Shown piece by piece: positions 62,518-64,000 of a stretch of DNA of 64,000 nucleotides. The DNA is from Podarcis tiliguerta. Lineage: Eukaryota. The notes under the pieces are model-generated. The model was not told where the DNA came from and ran no database searches. It saw only the letters and a list, made by a program, of their open reading frames with translations. Numbering within the stretch: the first letter of the stretch is position 1; each line of letters opens with the position of its first letter. The DNA lies in the NCBI GenBank assembly GCA_965153285.1, contig OZ229114.1. One strand, 5' to 3'. A program made the translations under genes and the position numbers.

Positions 62518-63081
62518 GAGTCTGCGATTGAACTGATCTTTGCTGCTTTCTTCACCACCGCCAGTGCTACTACTTCCATGATCCTCCTGTTGCTGAAACA
62601 CCCCTTGGTCATAAAAAAGATTCAGCAGGAGCTGGTGTCCCATGATCTCACCGGGCAGTGCCATTGCCGCACTGCAGGAGATTCTCTGAGAAACCATCAG
62701 TCTTGCCCAGAGACTCTGGTCATCCATGGAAAAGAGAGCAAAGACAGGGATTCCAATCCGCCTCTTCCTCCCAGGCTGGAAGGAGAACTAGACAGAGAGA
62801 CAAAGAGGGAAGTCAGAGTCCCTAAGTTGGGTCCCATTGCTACAGCAGCCCAAGGAACTGTCCATGAGACTACAAACTGCCCTTGCTCAGCAGCCAAACA
62901 AGAAGAAGCAAACCAAGTCCTCGGCGAGCTGGAAAGACATGAGCACTATTGTCAGTCTTACTTGACCCTGGAGAAGATGAGCCGCCTGCGGTACTTGGAT
63001 TGCGTCATCAAGGAAGTGCTACGTTTGCTGCCCCCAGTGTCCGGAGGCTATAGGACAGCCTTACAAACCTTTGAACTGGAT
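62518..63081 (+). CDS. CYP26C1: CYP26C1 coding exon 5, 564 nt (I, J, K helices with a long insertion)
   Basis: ttgcag|GAG; I-helix [17 protein letters not shown] (26C1-type); ExxR motif [24 protein letters not shown]; GAT|gtgagt. The heme-Cys exon is not in the window. Confidence 0.95.
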
Positions 63082-63588
63082 GTGAGTTGTGCGGCTTGCT
63101 GCGTGGGTTGCTTTTGTGGATGTGCATGGAATTTGGGCTGGGTTGAGTTGGGTTTCACAAGGTTAGTCTGACCACTTCATAGGGGCCATGGCAGCCACCT
63201 TTATAGGGATCATGGGAAACACCCTCCTTTCCTAGTGATGCTATGTGTTTATCCTACTTGGGGACAGAAGATGTTGCAAGAAACAACAGGGGCACTTGGG
63301 ATTCACAAGTTAGAAACCTAATGGCCCCTGGGGTTTGCTGTGGGAAAGTATGATTGATAGAGTGCAGAAACTGGAATGGGGGTGGGGGGTGGGGAGGCAG
63401 GGAAGCATGGGAAAGATACAATGAACAGGAGACCCTGGTAGTAGATAGCTAACTGGGATGGCTTGTGAGAATGAAAGGAGTTGTGAAGAAGGTTCCATCA
63501 AATTTCAGTGATTAAACCATAGAACCGATTACTGAGACAGGTGCCTCAAGAGATAGACAGCTGGGAATTGGTAGGGTGTAATTGTTCA

Positions 63589-63953
63589 GGTCTCGGGAGG
63601 CGCTGTGGTCTAAACCACTGAGCCTCTTGGGCTTGCCAATCAGAAGGTCGGTGGTTCGAATCCCCGTGACGGGGTTCAGCTCCCATTGCTTGGTCCCAGC
63701 TCCTGCCAACCTAGCAGTTTGAAAGCATGCCAAAAGTGCAAGTAGATAAATAGGTACGACTCTGGCAGGAAGGTAAATGCGCTGCTTTGGTTTTGCCAGA
63801 AGCGGCTTAGTCATGCTAGCCACATGACCCGGAAAAACTGTCTGTGGACAAATGCCAGCTCCCTTGGCCTGTAAAGCGAGATGAGCGCCGCAACCCCAGA
63901 GTCATCTGTGACTGGACTTAACTGTCAGGGGTCCTTTACCTTTACCTTTTACC
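63589..63953 (+). mobile_element. Sauria SINE (Squam1), second subfamily
   Basis: ggcgctgtggtctaaacc A-box region, ggttcgaatcc B-box, gcaagtagataaatagg core, (ACCTTT)n tail. Confidence 0.92.
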
Positions 63954-64000
63954 AAAATGAATATGGCCACACTGGATGTTCATTAGACCAATTAGTAGGA

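Noticed and set aside
2924-63081. Alternative identity EXOC6B + CYP26B1, or CYP26A1
   Set aside because: The C-terminal LVNGMSQH, GWPFFGETLHWLVQG, the AAFFTT I-helix and the exon-5 insertion all fit EXOC6 and CYP26C1.

Overview
Vertebrate nuclear genomic DNA, not prokaryotic. Sauria SINEs, a BovB LINE and Squam3-like and tRNA-Lys/CR1-type SINEs point to a squamate reptile, probably a lizard; lacertid is a guess. The + strand carries the last five constitutive coding exons and 3' UTR of EXOC6 (exocyst Sec15A; stop at 49162-49164). About 5-6 kb downstream lie the promoter and coding exons 1-5 of CYP26C1, a retinoic-acid hydroxylase whose heme-binding last exon falls beyond the window. Splice phases reconcile for all exons. 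The most interesting signals are: (i) two frame-preserving candidate microexons in EXOC6 that the ORF track does not show (30 nt NNNNDHAAMS at 8440-8469; 12 nt VHRG at 48300-48311), both with neural-microexon-like splice signals; (ii) a ~14 kb CpG-retaining domain (~45.05-59.3 kb) that covers the EXOC6 3' end and coincides with a shift in its codon usage; (iii) a perfect DR2 retinoic acid response element between homeodomain/TCF/PBX motif clusters in the 26.8 kb EXOC6 intron, consistent with EXOC6 hosting long-range CYP26 enhancers; (iv) a much-expanded insertion in CYP26C1 exon 5; (v) many TA- and 8-bp-TSD MITEs, including nested insertions. There is no CRISPR array, rRNA or intact tRNA. I do not see a wholly new multi-gene system. 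The candidate novelties are splicing and regulatory, and they need RNA-seq or alignments to confirm.
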